Assembly: GCA_964457245.1 (NCBI GenBank)
Contig: CAYWET010000008.1
Location: 30,270-94,269, forward strand
Reading direction: 5' to 3'
DNA length: 64,000 bases
Origin: an uncultured Chryseobacterium sp.
Lineage (GTDB): Bacteria > Bacteroidota > Bacteroidia > UBA10329
In this document: positions 44,601 to 51,645 of the stretch, piece by piece
Layout of the letters: each line of letters starts with the position of its first letter
Position numbering within the stretch: position 1 is the stretch's first letter
Position numbers and translations under genes: made by a program
Notes under the pieces: model-generated
What the model was told of the DNA's origin: nothing
The model's input: only the letters and a program-made list of their open reading frames with translations
Database searches by the model: none

Positions 44601-45679
44601 TTTCTATCGGTACAAACGGTGTTGGAGGCCATATACGCCTGCAGCCGCATAGAATTTATAATAGCGAGATTCCACCGCTTACCAGAATACTAGGTAAAAA
44701 ACGTTATGAACTGAATGACCACTTAGGCAATGTGCGTGCTGTTGTTACCGACCGTAAACTGTCTACCCTGGTAGCAGGGCAACCGCAGAGTTTCAGGGCA
44801 GAAATTGCCGGGTTGAACAACTATTACCCATTTGGTATGCAAATGGAAGGCCGCGAATACTTCGATTCGCAGGGCTACAGATTCGGCTTCAACGGCATGG
44901 AGAAGGATGATGAGGTCAAGGGGAGCGGCAACAGCCTCGACTTCGGGGCCAGGATATATGATCCGAGACTTGGTCGATTCCTATCTACCGATCCTCAGTG
45001 GGTAAACTTCCCAGGGTCTGGACCATATAATTATGCGGCGAACAGTCCAATTGCATTTATCGATAAGGAAGGAGAAAATCCTTTACCAGCTTGGGTAATT
45101 AAAGCTTTGGTTAGAGCTGCGATTCAGGTGGCGGCTAATGTTACTGTAGCGAGAAAAATCGGTAAGAATTACGACAATTTGCAGGGATTAAATAAACGGT
45201 TGGACGAAATAGGCAAAGAGTTACAATACCTAGAAAATGGAGAAGTGCCTCCTTCTGGAGAGGGACCGGAATTGTTTGGGGGTGGGTCTCATGGTGGTGC
45301 TGGTGCTGGTGGTTCGTGGGTTCCGAACGATGATCCAATGATTTTAAAACGTGAAAAAGAAAGACAGCTTGCTGAAAAGGAAAGAAAGGCTGAATTTTTT
45401 CGAGAAAACCCTGATTTAAAGGAGCGCATGGAGCAACTGCAAGAGGAAAAGGCGAATTTAGAAAAACAAAAACCAGGATTAGAAAAGAAGCAAGAACGTT
45501 TGGAAAAAACTCAGGACGCCCTAAAGCAATTGAATCCAGCACAAATAATCGATAATGTCATAAACATTATTGACGCTCAGACTAAAGATGAAGAAAACTC
45601 TGATGATAGAAGTACCACGGAGATTATTGATGATGAAATAAACAAGGCGGTTGAAGCTGAGCTTGAAAAAGGCGATTAA
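35681..45679 (+). CDS. RHS-repeat-associated core protein (polymorphic toxin-like), ~3330 aa
   Basis: Signal peptide (EALA|Q) from ATG 35681. DUF6443-like TYANGLNQV..DLAGRP; YD repeats; YELNDHLGNV, YYPFGM, YRFGFNGMEKD, ARIYDPRLGRFLSTDP and autoprotease motif PIAFIDKEG, followed by a ~200-aa tip. Confidence 0.92.
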   Translation: MILEKGHKGRSYLFVLSFLGLAVIWLSVFSTEALAQSFVDPQSPQVFVYDNDALLDVNNSTDFCPAINHVIGNPSFSPCLDFSYPQDYGRFELILSLDFGEDYDLGNEPVSASLEVNVIFSDGSPCLQIPETYYPFDNPGQETMVSATLEIDQNQPEQYFPIGNRVLTSDIRNIGIEVVSYNVSGGQPATNAVRFKLEYRPKILIKPLVYPTNLSATHQGGDVYEFSWTNSCNVGMPGHELQLLHLVNRTNMPGNNYGSGDPISAPVDWSKSLTIPMDGSQSNIKLSVAEGPGYYAWRVRPIGNVSGGHASASDWGTWSDHSGVVDGSTVNPSQLSVPYVFEFDPIDADKNFIYSRAFVEGDGVNTPIRIGENMTYANGLNQVQQQQSHLNGQDQIITTQTLTDLAGRPSLTTLPVPLSGQSFLAYKDGFLQKDNGGTLRAEDYDLGSNVGNPPHVELDDDTYYESNSDATIPYAQGYPFSRTIHYPDGGDRPMRQSGPGDVHRLRSSEDRTVRINYANVTENELIRVFGDEAPDAATVYKVITTDPNASASVQYVEMTGKTIATCLSSSGGNPRLISLDSEPEVPDFDVTGIIEELGYQGSYARMGSQTLVLTQETTVTFNFSLTPKTVESACTELGICKTCDYEVEILLVSVDDPSDIVVVPSDPPNNPSDPMIETLGSYNPTNIEPLPELTDPEGPMDCPTGMGTFGVSGQSVLVEPGGYNVVLVIHSANEGSPLEMANILEEHLSDLRSVYDETFSDYLENSPVVNGTPLFDYLFHPNDPEALPDIDGFYTALEDYSLSSANLNAQGELISYTLEIEELCLEIEIPYLACESVLNTPDGTRTCDPQSAPPGLGFIDYFIDYWTNQTGDMEDLVPAAMLDEDGNALGHYPFLYSQYLNMAFVVPGTTASSGLPPGTEGDFEEVLANLAADMQQNQVDCPNGDCCEYIWECWMSVTAAYGGMLQIGGGDGQTGEVDLEEEASDIEMPDGVDNPMSNDMGYPDLPRMLFECIGWQYSNDPAGQVVTDDPDLYTEHPYKYIYYPFTDDTYTYNPCVDQYIARDPYHILYNSTYGICASDNDVATAPLLVVPEDENTWQICLDDPYDLANYADLEGFEEPIGTTLQGESYTISNAWEAFKSCLESEPDEGFSVYVNGQATEEGAVEATAENLNINCEEVCESRRESFRLALIDAYHQEGIYVQGDQYELIPTSYPDPEASPAQVWGAAELTSEELQQIEEGYSQGYEVNTNLLLDPDWMETYDYIPNSQLECMVQSLVEHCMEGCTFEYDENSPDSFKDQFLAQLPELQQGALHAFTSPFEVAFTDNGSCPAILAEDPVQRDFSTISAMTSTTTEMSFTGDDRAYRSQSFELGTDGVLLNGFLYLLGTVDELASSGLEFAAPNWAGTNAEANIWLVKADPNTMDVVDKWVYGGNGTVANKGDWGSKLLTDGTNLYIVGGTGSSNLDRYNVGASEICDCPIYGPDAAGNYSSDIWILKVNQNGTLLKAKTFGGNRLEWPTDAMISENGQLVVFAYSQSSANGLVKFSDAGLNGSTPVVHSWVFGIDINDGSDWDVLWDQAIGAYSEGEVYNSNEALIMPTALHVESQGTDNDVYVSAWTAGQDVNANNFDYSVLYKFSTSTVTLPSPPTNNFNVFTQTQKLGGNESVISDINAHSDGGLILAGSTMAPADFRLDDYRIEGVLSGTTDPFDLNSDLWLLKLNADLSYSWDRCYGSVVGEGSCFYPGHQSGDLAVLNYFVNQSSNARIFNSQYGEYVLVTTAENTDEVTLSQGGVRTHPGAGNATPESLDYWVVLVDDEGGFISDIAIGGDVPSAQAQSSYEFSSAVIGLNDETIAVFGTSTSDIGADRTWSAGGEYDMWLVTVDLGRCTHPDFCFRWLDFPIIEGEDVEPEECEDISAQSILNSVYSQVQIHKEEAVEEFEEEYMVQCVDDIEFTFDYNYKVGYHHYTLYYHDRAGNLIKTVPPEGVDRLDEDDLDIPDDETTMNRQTHPKHRMVTDYQANSLGQPVRQNTPDGGNTQFWHNALGQLRFSQNAQQAIDNEAAYTKYDNLGRVVEVGKVGTTGPNADFTDSDNLNDPNFPFVNTSERTFTYYTTPASSLPAPYGSLQLEQRYTQNRVSYTRTEHFAGPQYPEKFTYYSYDPHGNVEWLIQEIPGLDGAKLIKYRYDLFSGNVLQVSYQPDEADAFYHRYTYDADGRIEQVETSRDSLIWERDARYEYYAHGPLKRTVLGEDKVQGLDNVYTLQGWLKSLNHPSLDDASDPGQDGNHAINNVGRDAFGMSLYYHEGDFHHTGSPFDNPVNGPSNPDPYLLTLDNEGLYNGNIAGWVSNMDVPSVAQWDGLQAWQYEYDVLNRIRTADHYTHDGSQWSSTVDYGTQYTYDANGNIKTLHRMGSAGLAMDDLAYTYQTSPIVNNRLTMVVDSEQDPTAFNTDIDGTRYFGYDDNGNLTSDLDGQGNGIETIEWNLQGKIQSIERTSGSDDDDLNFEYDAMGNRVIKRVIDPNDPTIKETYYVRDAQGNIMATYQREYTVCGGGTEETIKLTERPIYGSSRIGQDVNEVVLRQTVCNGNTPQLLPSNSPRIPDQHIMSIVGDVEYRQISFVSPWGGLFQFNIPYHTIQRYDVTGPTPQLTQSRTAWLSGNITSVTAEDHNESLVFTGLISSNLFGVRLYLFDNANMPILGMHHITKVASGTQMLALQWDDSRWLLFTMDQTGQVFYHVIQVAPTIQVISWDNPLTETGGYANCMALIADHSETHPSRLYLKRRQTRNTPSMFSSIGLSLGGALPATEQVPDQEVTFSSNIFGFSGSGSSEIQISPDGTKLAVVGQTSQQGSLPIYHPIFGPIFTSVYVSALYVFELGADHRIVNANPDPWIQMLELQGNRRKIRSFDFSPSGESIYFSQTSLSQSVPPVLRRWNLSTNNVTDVFAEYTSCVRRADNGDMHALAHPDFVIIDDPDGTPLASTISIGTNGVGGHIRLQPHRIYNSEIPPLTRILGKKRYELNDHLGNVRAVVTDRKLSTLVAGQPQSFRAEIAGLNNYYPFGMQMEGREYFDSQGYRFGFNGMEKDDEVKGSGNSLDFGARIYDPRLGRFLSTDPQWVNFPGSGPYNYAANSPIAFIDKEGENPLPAWVIKALVRAAIQVAANVTVARKIGKNYDNLQGLNKRLDEIGKELQYLENGEVPPSGEGPELFGGGSHGGAGAGGSWVPNDDPMILKREKERQLAEKERKAEFFRENPDLKERMEQLQEEKANLEKQKPGLEKKQERLEKTQDALKQLNPAQIIDNVINIIDAQTKDEENSDDRSTTEIIDDEINKAVEAELEKGD

Positions 45680-45695
45680 ATCTAATTTGACTACT

Positions 45696-46208
45696 ATGTT
45701 AAGTGAAACAAGGTTTAGTAGGTTGAATCTTTTATTGGTCGTGTTCATCCTGATAGGGTGCGATACCAATACTGGGAATGACTCAACGAAAGATAAAGAA
45801 GTGCCAAGAAAGGCGGTAATTGACATTGAGGAATTGTTCACTTTGGAAGAAGAAAAACGGATAGAATCTCAGATTTCGGATGCCCTGACTAATTCTCGGA
45901 TTGCGGTTGTGGTTATTACAACGTCAAGTTATAAGCCTTTTGACAACATACAGGATTATGCCGTAGGAAAGTCGAATGAATTGGGTGTCGGGGATGCTAC
46001 AAATAATGGCGCCTTGATCGTGGTCAGCAAATCCAACGGTGCCATATGGATTTCGTTAGGGAAAGGACTGGAAAACCAAATAACGAATAATGAATGCCAA
46101 ATTATCATCAACGAGAGTATAATTCCTGAGTTTAGAAATTCCAGCTATGTGTCTGGGGTTATCTCTGGAATTCAAGAACTTGAAAACCACATGAAGGCGA
46201 CTAGTTAA
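45696..46208 (+). CDS. TPM-domain (YgcG/Psb32/MOLO-1) lipoprotein, candidate immunity protein
   Basis: Lipobox LIGC; VIDIEELFT.EE, IAVVVIT, GVGD..NNGALIVVS, ISLGKGLE, IIPEFRN..Y..GV..GI. Lacks TM helices and the Gly-rich tail. ATG 45696 preferred. Confidence 0.85.
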   Translation: MLSETRFSRLNLLLVVFILIGCDTNTGNDSTKDKEVPRKAVIDIEELFTLEEEKRIESQISDALTNSRIAVVVITTSSYKPFDNIQDYAVGKSNELGVGDATNNGALIVVSKSNGAIWISLGKGLENQITNNECQIIINESIIPEFRNSSYVSGVISGIQELENHMKATS

Positions 46209-46659
46209 CCTTTATTGTTAACGCTATGTCATCCTCAGTAGAAAAGACGAGATCGCTGCCTGACGATTTTATCTCGATTAGACTAAGCGTATCTGCATTT
46301 ATGCGAGTATAGGAATAAGGTTGTTCCCAAGGATCCAACTTCCATCCCTTTTTTAATGGATTTGTGCCAACTAGTTCCTTCATTGATATTGGGGGATGCC
46401 CTGTTTCTTGGATTATATTAGAAACTGCAGTTGCAATTTGCTCCATTTCAAGGTTGGCTTTTCTTTCCTTGATTCTATCTTGGTTTAGGGCTTTGTAAAG
46501 AATTATGCCCGTTGATCCAAGCACTATGATTAAAACTGAAAGTTTTACCGAAAGTGGAAATATTAATTCCCACAAAGACATTGACTTGTTTTTTCGATCT
46601 GAGTATTTGTAGCCTACCGCATCGAGAACAGAGGATATAATAATTTCTAATACAGTCAA
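46201..46659 (-). CDS. Orphan GspG-C-terminal-domain protein
   Basis: TM helix followed by DPWEQPYSY...IKSSGSD.VFSTEDDI, matching the T2SS GspG DPWG.PY...S.G.D...T.DDI pattern. No clear prepilin cleavage site. Confidence 0.7.
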   Translation of the reverse strand: MTVLEIIISSVLDAVGYKYSDRKNKSMSLWELIFPLSVKLSVLIIVLGSTGIILYKALNQDRIKERKANLEMEQIATAVSNIIQETGHPPISMKELVGTNPLKKGWKLDPWEQPYSYTRINADTLSLIEIKSSGSDLVFSTEDDIALTIKVN

Positions 46660-47325
46660 CGTTTCTAAGTATAGCTGCTTTGTGTAAAACCTTGGTGTGT
46701 TCCCAAGTTACAAACATCAAACGTGTAAAGAAGTACTTACAAATGAAATAATCTGTTTATAATTGAGAGTTTTGACTGGCACAACCAGAAAGCTGTTTGG
46801 AATAGGCGTCCTAAGTTAAAAGGAACATTGAACTCAAACGGGCAAAAGAGACCACGGACCACCTAGAAGGCTTCCAAGGCAAAGAATAAATTTCCCCGCC
46901 CCGCTCGCGCAAGTCTTCCGCAGGACGACTTGAGTGGAACATAACACGATCAGTTTCCGAACTGATTTAACTTGAAGCATGCTAGAATAAGACTGTCTGT
47001 TATTCTAGGTAGAGAAAACCTCATGGGTCGTAACTCATTGATACAGAGCTCTCAAAACTCCAATAATTTATCTCAAAAGGCCATTAATTCATCTCAAAGA
47101 TCCCCTAAACAATTACCAAAAGAGCTAAATCCATCTGCAAACTGATGTAAAGCAGATTTAAAGAACCATGACCCATATCAAAGGCACCCGAAACAAGTCC
47201 AAAGAAGCCGATGCTAAGGTTCAAAATAGTCTAACCCATAGCCAAAGCAGAGTAAGGCTTGTAGAAACAGCATTACATCACCCTAAGTAATCAACAATTG
47301 CCCCTAAATTGTTGATAACTACACA

Positions 47326-47356
47326 TTGCTCAAGGAACACCGATCCCATACTTTAG
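47326..47356 (+). promoter_or_regulatory. Putative promoter of the T2SS operon
   Basis: TTG-N20-TACTTTAG, preceded by a 14-bp imperfect inverted repeat at 47286-47320. Confidence 0.5.
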
Positions 47357-47378
47357 ACAGTCCTAATTTGTTCAGGAC

Positions 47379-47780
47379 ATGTATTCAAAAAAGCTAAAAG
47401 CGTTTACGCTAACAGAGCTGCTAATTGTATTGGCTATTGTGGGTATTCTGGTATTGCTGGCGCTGCCCAAACTGATGCCGCTTATATCACGTGCCAAGAG
47501 TACTGAGGCGCAACTGCAGCTCAGTCACCTACACATGCTGCAGAAAACGTATTTCTACACGCATTCAGAGTACAGCACAAGTTTTGATGACCTTGGCTTT
47601 GAGCAAGAAACCTTGGTTGATGAGGGTGGTTCAGCACAATACCTCATTGAAATAACCGAAGCAGGGCCTTCTGGTTTTTTGGCCACGGCTACTGCGGTTA
47701 AAGACTTCGATGGTGATGGCACCTTCAATGTTTGGGAGGTTGATCAGGATAAGAAACTCAAAGAAGTGGTCAAAGACTGA
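47379..47780 (+). CDS. gspG: Major (pseudo)pilin, GspG/PilE-like
   Basis: KA|FTLTELLIVLAIVGIL prepilin motif with E5; DFDGDG putative Ca-binding loop. Confidence 0.88.
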   Translation: MYSKKLKAFTLTELLIVLAIVGILVLLALPKLMPLISRAKSTEAQLQLSHLHMLQKTYFYTHSEYSTSFDDLGFEQETLVDEGGSAQYLIEITEAGPSGFLATATAVKDFDGDGTFNVWEVDQDKKLKEVVKD

Positions 47781-47785
47781 CGCAA

Positions 47786-48307
47786 GTGTCGGTTCTTCAG
47801 ACCATAGCATGGCTACTCATGGCAGCAGCATCCATTACCATAACCTACCAAGATTTCAAAGCAAGAAGCATTAGCCTTTGGACTGTGGTATTGGTTTTGG
47901 CTACTTCACTTTCATTGAGTGCTTCCAACATTGGTTTTGTTGCCACGTTGCAAAATTGGGGTCTGAATGCGGCATTTCTGGTTTTCCAGTTGTTGTTGGT
48001 CATGTTGATTTTCGGTTTGGCAAGAAAACAATGGAACTTCTTTGATACCCTAATGGGTTGGGGAGATGTCCTTTACCTGTTGTCAATCGCAGCCCTTTTT
48101 TCTACGGTTAACTTTCTGCTTTTCTATGTTTCAGCGCTATTGGTTTCACTGGTCGGGTTTCTCATTTATCGAGAGGTGTCAAAAAATAAGGACACCAATG
48201 TTCCGCTTGCTGGACTATTGGCTCTTTGCTCATTGGTTTTCGTTGCTGTTTCAGCATGCTTTGGTTATCAACCTTGGGATGAGATTCCCATTTACCTTTT
48301 GTTTTGA
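47786..48307 (+). CDS. Prepilin peptidase (A24), short form
   Basis: YQDFK and MGWGD aspartate motifs; multi-TM; no N-terminal Cys-rich methyltransferase domain. Confidence 0.8.
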   Translation: MSVLQTIAWLLMAAASITITYQDFKARSISLWTVVLVLATSLSLSASNIGFVATLQNWGLNAAFLVFQLLLVMLIFGLARKQWNFFDTLMGWGDVLYLLSIAALFSTVNFLLFYVSALLVSLVGFLIYREVSKNKDTNVPLAGLLALCSLVFVAVSACFGYQPWDEIPIYLLF

Positions 48308-49734
48308 TGAGCGTTGAGGCGAAAGAAATAACAGTTGATGCAAGTTTGCAGCAGTGCCTCACTGCCGACCAGTCGTTGAAATTCCGAGTGGTTTGTTTCA
48401 GAACCAAAAACGGTCAGTTGGATTTCTATGTGGCACAGAGCGGTCAGGAACCTTCTCTGGCAGATGAGCTCGAGCTCATTACGGGTAAGAAGGTGAACCT
48501 GACACCCGTTGAGGATGAGTTGGTGGAACGGGCGTTGAAACGATTCTTCCGACAAAGTGAGAAGAAGGAAACGACCTATCATTTCTCTGCTAACCGGGAT
48601 GTTTTGCAGGATATGCTCAAGGAAGCCAAGGACATGAATGCTTCTGACATTCACTTTGAGGTCTATGAGGACAGGGCGCGGATCCGTTTTAGAATTGATG
48701 GACATCTTATGGAGCGATATTCTGTGCCTATCGCGGAATATCCTGCGTTGGTCAACCGAATCAAGGTTACATCCAAACTGGACATTGCAGAAAGAAGACT
48801 TCCGCAGGATGGCCGCATCATGGTCAATACGGATGAGTACGCTTTCGATATCCGCGTTTCGATTGTTCCAACGTTGCATGGTGAGAAAGCCGTTTTACGG
48901 CTGCTAAGTCGTGATGCAACCGACATCCAAATTGAAAAGTTAGGGTTTGACAACTCGCAGCTGAACACGTATCTCGAAAGTGCGAGAAAACCGCAGGGCA
49001 TTATTCTTATCAGCGGTCCAACGGGCTCCGGAAAAACCACCACACTTTACGCTACTCTAAAGGTTCTGAATGAGGAAAGTCGGAACATCCTCACCATTGA
49101 AGACCCGATTGAGTACACACTGGAAGGCATCAATCAGGTACAGCTTAATGAGCGCATCGGCTTGGACTTCGGGAAAGCGCTGCGGACGTTCCTTCGTCAA
49201 GACCCGGATGTCATCATGCTCGGTGAGATTCGTGATTCGGAAACCGCGGCTATGGCAGTTCGGGCGGCACTTACAGGCCACTTGGTGCTTTCTACGGTAC
49301 ACACCAACTCTGCTTGGGGAACGATCAGCCGTTTGACTGATATGGGCGTTCCAGCTTATCTGATTGCTGAAACTCTCAACCTCTCAGTGGCCCAACGGTT
49401 GGTAAGAAAACTCTGTCCAGAATGTAAAGAGCAAGGGATGCTGGAAGAAGGACAGCTGCCCAAATCCCTGGGTAATGAGTATGTGGGAATTGACTACTTC
49501 AAACCCGTTGGTTGCGAAAGTTGCTATTACACTGGCTACAGCGGAAGAAAGGCTCTCTACGAAGTGATTCCAATAGACCACAATCTTGCGACTGAAATTA
49601 GAAAGGAACATGCTGATGTTAGGGCTGAATTGAAGAAAAGAAAGGTGCTTTCTATTCCTGATCAAGCACTGAACCTTTTGAAGAATGGAGAGACCTCGGT
49701 GGAGGAGGTTTACTCACTATTGTTAAATGCATAA
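48307..49734 (+). CDS. gspE: T2SS/T4P assembly ATPase GspE/PilB
   Basis: ASDIHFE, ERRLPQDG, Walker A GPTGSGKTT, TIEDPIE, LRQDPD, AALTGHLVLSTVH and tetracysteine CPEC/CESC. Confidence 0.95.
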   Translation: MSVEAKEITVDASLQQCLTADQSLKFRVVCFRTKNGQLDFYVAQSGQEPSLADELELITGKKVNLTPVEDELVERALKRFFRQSEKKETTYHFSANRDVLQDMLKEAKDMNASDIHFEVYEDRARIRFRIDGHLMERYSVPIAEYPALVNRIKVTSKLDIAERRLPQDGRIMVNTDEYAFDIRVSIVPTLHGEKAVLRLLSRDATDIQIEKLGFDNSQLNTYLESARKPQGIILISGPTGSGKTTTLYATLKVLNEESRNILTIEDPIEYTLEGINQVQLNERIGLDFGKALRTFLRQDPDVIMLGEIRDSETAAMAVRAALTGHLVLSTVHTNSAWGTISRLTDMGVPAYLIAETLNLSVAQRLVRKLCPECKEQGMLEEGQLPKSLGNEYVGIDYFKPVGCESCYYTGYSGRKALYEVIPIDHNLATEIRKEHADVRAELKKRKVLSIPDQALNLLKNGETSVEEVYSLLLNA

Positions 49735-51643
49735 CCAGAAACCTGTGAGAATTACTGTTTTGTCAATCCTGTTTGTTTTAGGCCTGTTGTTTCAGGTGAA
49801 TGCGCAGGACAGATTCCGTTCGCTGGAAAATCAGCTTAAGAGTTTGGTTGCAGACAACCCAGGACTGGAGTCTACGGTTGATCTTTCGGTTAGTGAAGTT
49901 CCTGTACAGGAATTCCTCAGAGCGGTAGCCATGACCAATGCATTGAACATTAGTGTTGCGCCAGAACTGAAGATTCAAGTGGTGAATACGTTTACCAATG
50001 TCACGGTCATAGATGTGCTTGTTTTCCTGTGTAAGGAGTATAACCTGAAAATAGACTTCGTTGGAAACATCATGTCGGTTACCAAATTTGAGCGACCACC
50101 TGAGGCGCCCAAAAAGTACGTGCCCAAAAAGCTTGACATAACCTACGATGGGCGGAATGAGTTGCTGAGTTTCAATCTCAAGACCGATAGTCTTTTTCTT
50201 GTTGCCAAGGAGATAACAAAGGTCTCGGATAAGAATGTTGTGCTTGCGCCTGGGTTAATCGGTAAGATGGTGTCCGGATTTGTTCAGAAGCTCGGGTTTG
50301 CAGATGCAATGGACAAGCTTGCTTTTTCCAACGGGTTGTTGATTGAGACTGGGAATGATGGTTCATATCTACTCACTGAAGCTAATCAGGAGGAGCCAGC
50401 CGTAGCAAGTTCAAGAAGGAACGGTAAGCGAGGAAACAACAAGACTGATGTTCCATCTGGACTGTTTTTAGAAGTGACCAAAGATTCGTTGCTAACCGTT
50501 GATGGTGTTGGTGTAAAGGGAAGCGAGATCATTAAGGCCATTTCATCTGAATTGGGCAAGAACTATTATCTCTTTTCAGAAATGCAGGAAGCCACCACGG
50601 TACAGGTCGAAGGTGTGAGTTACGAGGAGTTTCTGGGTTATCTGTTGAACGGAACTGATATGACCTTCAATAAGGAAGGCTCAATCTATCTTATCGGCAA
50701 GCGAAACTTAGAAGGTCTGAGAGAAACTCGCATCGTCAGATTCCAAAATAGGACCATCAAGGAAATGGAAGAATTTATCCCAGCAGAGATGAAGGAAGGG
50801 GTGAAGATCAAGGTGGTTGAGGAAATGAATGCCATGGTACTAAGTGGTTCGGAGCCACAGATCAATGAGATATCTGCTTTTCTGAAGGATATGGATCAAG
50901 TTGTTCCAGTAGTGATGATCGAGGTGATTATTGTAGATGTCAATCGGTCAAGGACGGACGAGGCAGGTTTGGATATGGGCTTGGGTGATGCTCCTGTTAA
51001 AACAGGTGGCTCTATTCTTTCAGGATTGGATTTCACCATCAATTCGAGTTCCTTCAATAGCATACTCGCAGCTCTTAGTGGGCTGGGAAGTTTCAATTTT
51101 GGTCAGGTTACTCCGAACTTCTATGTCAGTCTAAAAGCGCTGGAAAGTCAGGGGTTCCTCCGCTCTCGTTCAACACCACTTCTTTCAACGTTGAACGGGC
51201 ATAAAGCCACAATGACGATTGGAAATCAGGAGTACTATCTGGAGACGACCAATAATGTAATCGGTTCTCAGAATCCTCAGAATCAGATCACGCAGCAATA
51301 CAAGTCAGTAAATGCTGCATTGACGTTGGATATTGTTCCAGTTGTCTCTGCTGATGGTCAAGTTACCATGGACATTTCTGTGACACAGTCAGACTTTACT
51401 TCGCGGATTTCACCACAAGCACCTCCGGGACAGGTAACGCGGGATTTCCGTTCGTTGATAAGGGTTAAAGATCAGGAGATGATCATGTTGGGAGGGTTGG
51501 AAGAAAAGAGCATTTCAGAGTCTGGCAGAGGATGGCCGATTCTTTCTCGAATTCCGATTTTAAAATGGTTATTCAGTTCCCGTTCGCGGAAAAAGGATAA
51601 GACGCAGTTGAACATCTTCATCAAGCCAACCATCATCTACTAA
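49727..51643 (+). CDS. gspD: Secretin GspD/PilQ
   Basis: Signal peptide, STN-like N domains, DQVVPVVMIEVIIV, TPLLSTLNG, LGGL, P.LSRIPILKWLF and NIFIKPTII. Confidence 0.93.
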   Translation: MHNQKPVRITVLSILFVLGLLFQVNAQDRFRSLENQLKSLVADNPGLESTVDLSVSEVPVQEFLRAVAMTNALNISVAPELKIQVVNTFTNVTVIDVLVFLCKEYNLKIDFVGNIMSVTKFERPPEAPKKYVPKKLDITYDGRNELLSFNLKTDSLFLVAKEITKVSDKNVVLAPGLIGKMVSGFVQKLGFADAMDKLAFSNGLLIETGNDGSYLLTEANQEEPAVASSRRNGKRGNNKTDVPSGLFLEVTKDSLLTVDGVGVKGSEIIKAISSELGKNYYLFSEMQEATTVQVEGVSYEEFLGYLLNGTDMTFNKEGSIYLIGKRNLEGLRETRIVRFQNRTIKEMEEFIPAEMKEGVKIKVVEEMNAMVLSGSEPQINEISAFLKDMDQVVPVVMIEVIIVDVNRSRTDEAGLDMGLGDAPVKTGGSILSGLDFTINSSSFNSILAALSGLGSFNFGQVTPNFYVSLKALESQGFLRSRSTPLLSTLNGHKATMTIGNQEYYLETTNNVIGSQNPQNQITQQYKSVNAALTLDIVPVVSADGQVTMDISVTQSDFTSRISPQAPPGQVTRDFRSLIRVKDQEMIMLGGLEEKSISESGRGWPILSRIPILKWLFSSRSRKKDKTQLNIFIKPTIIY

Positions 51644-51645
51644 GG

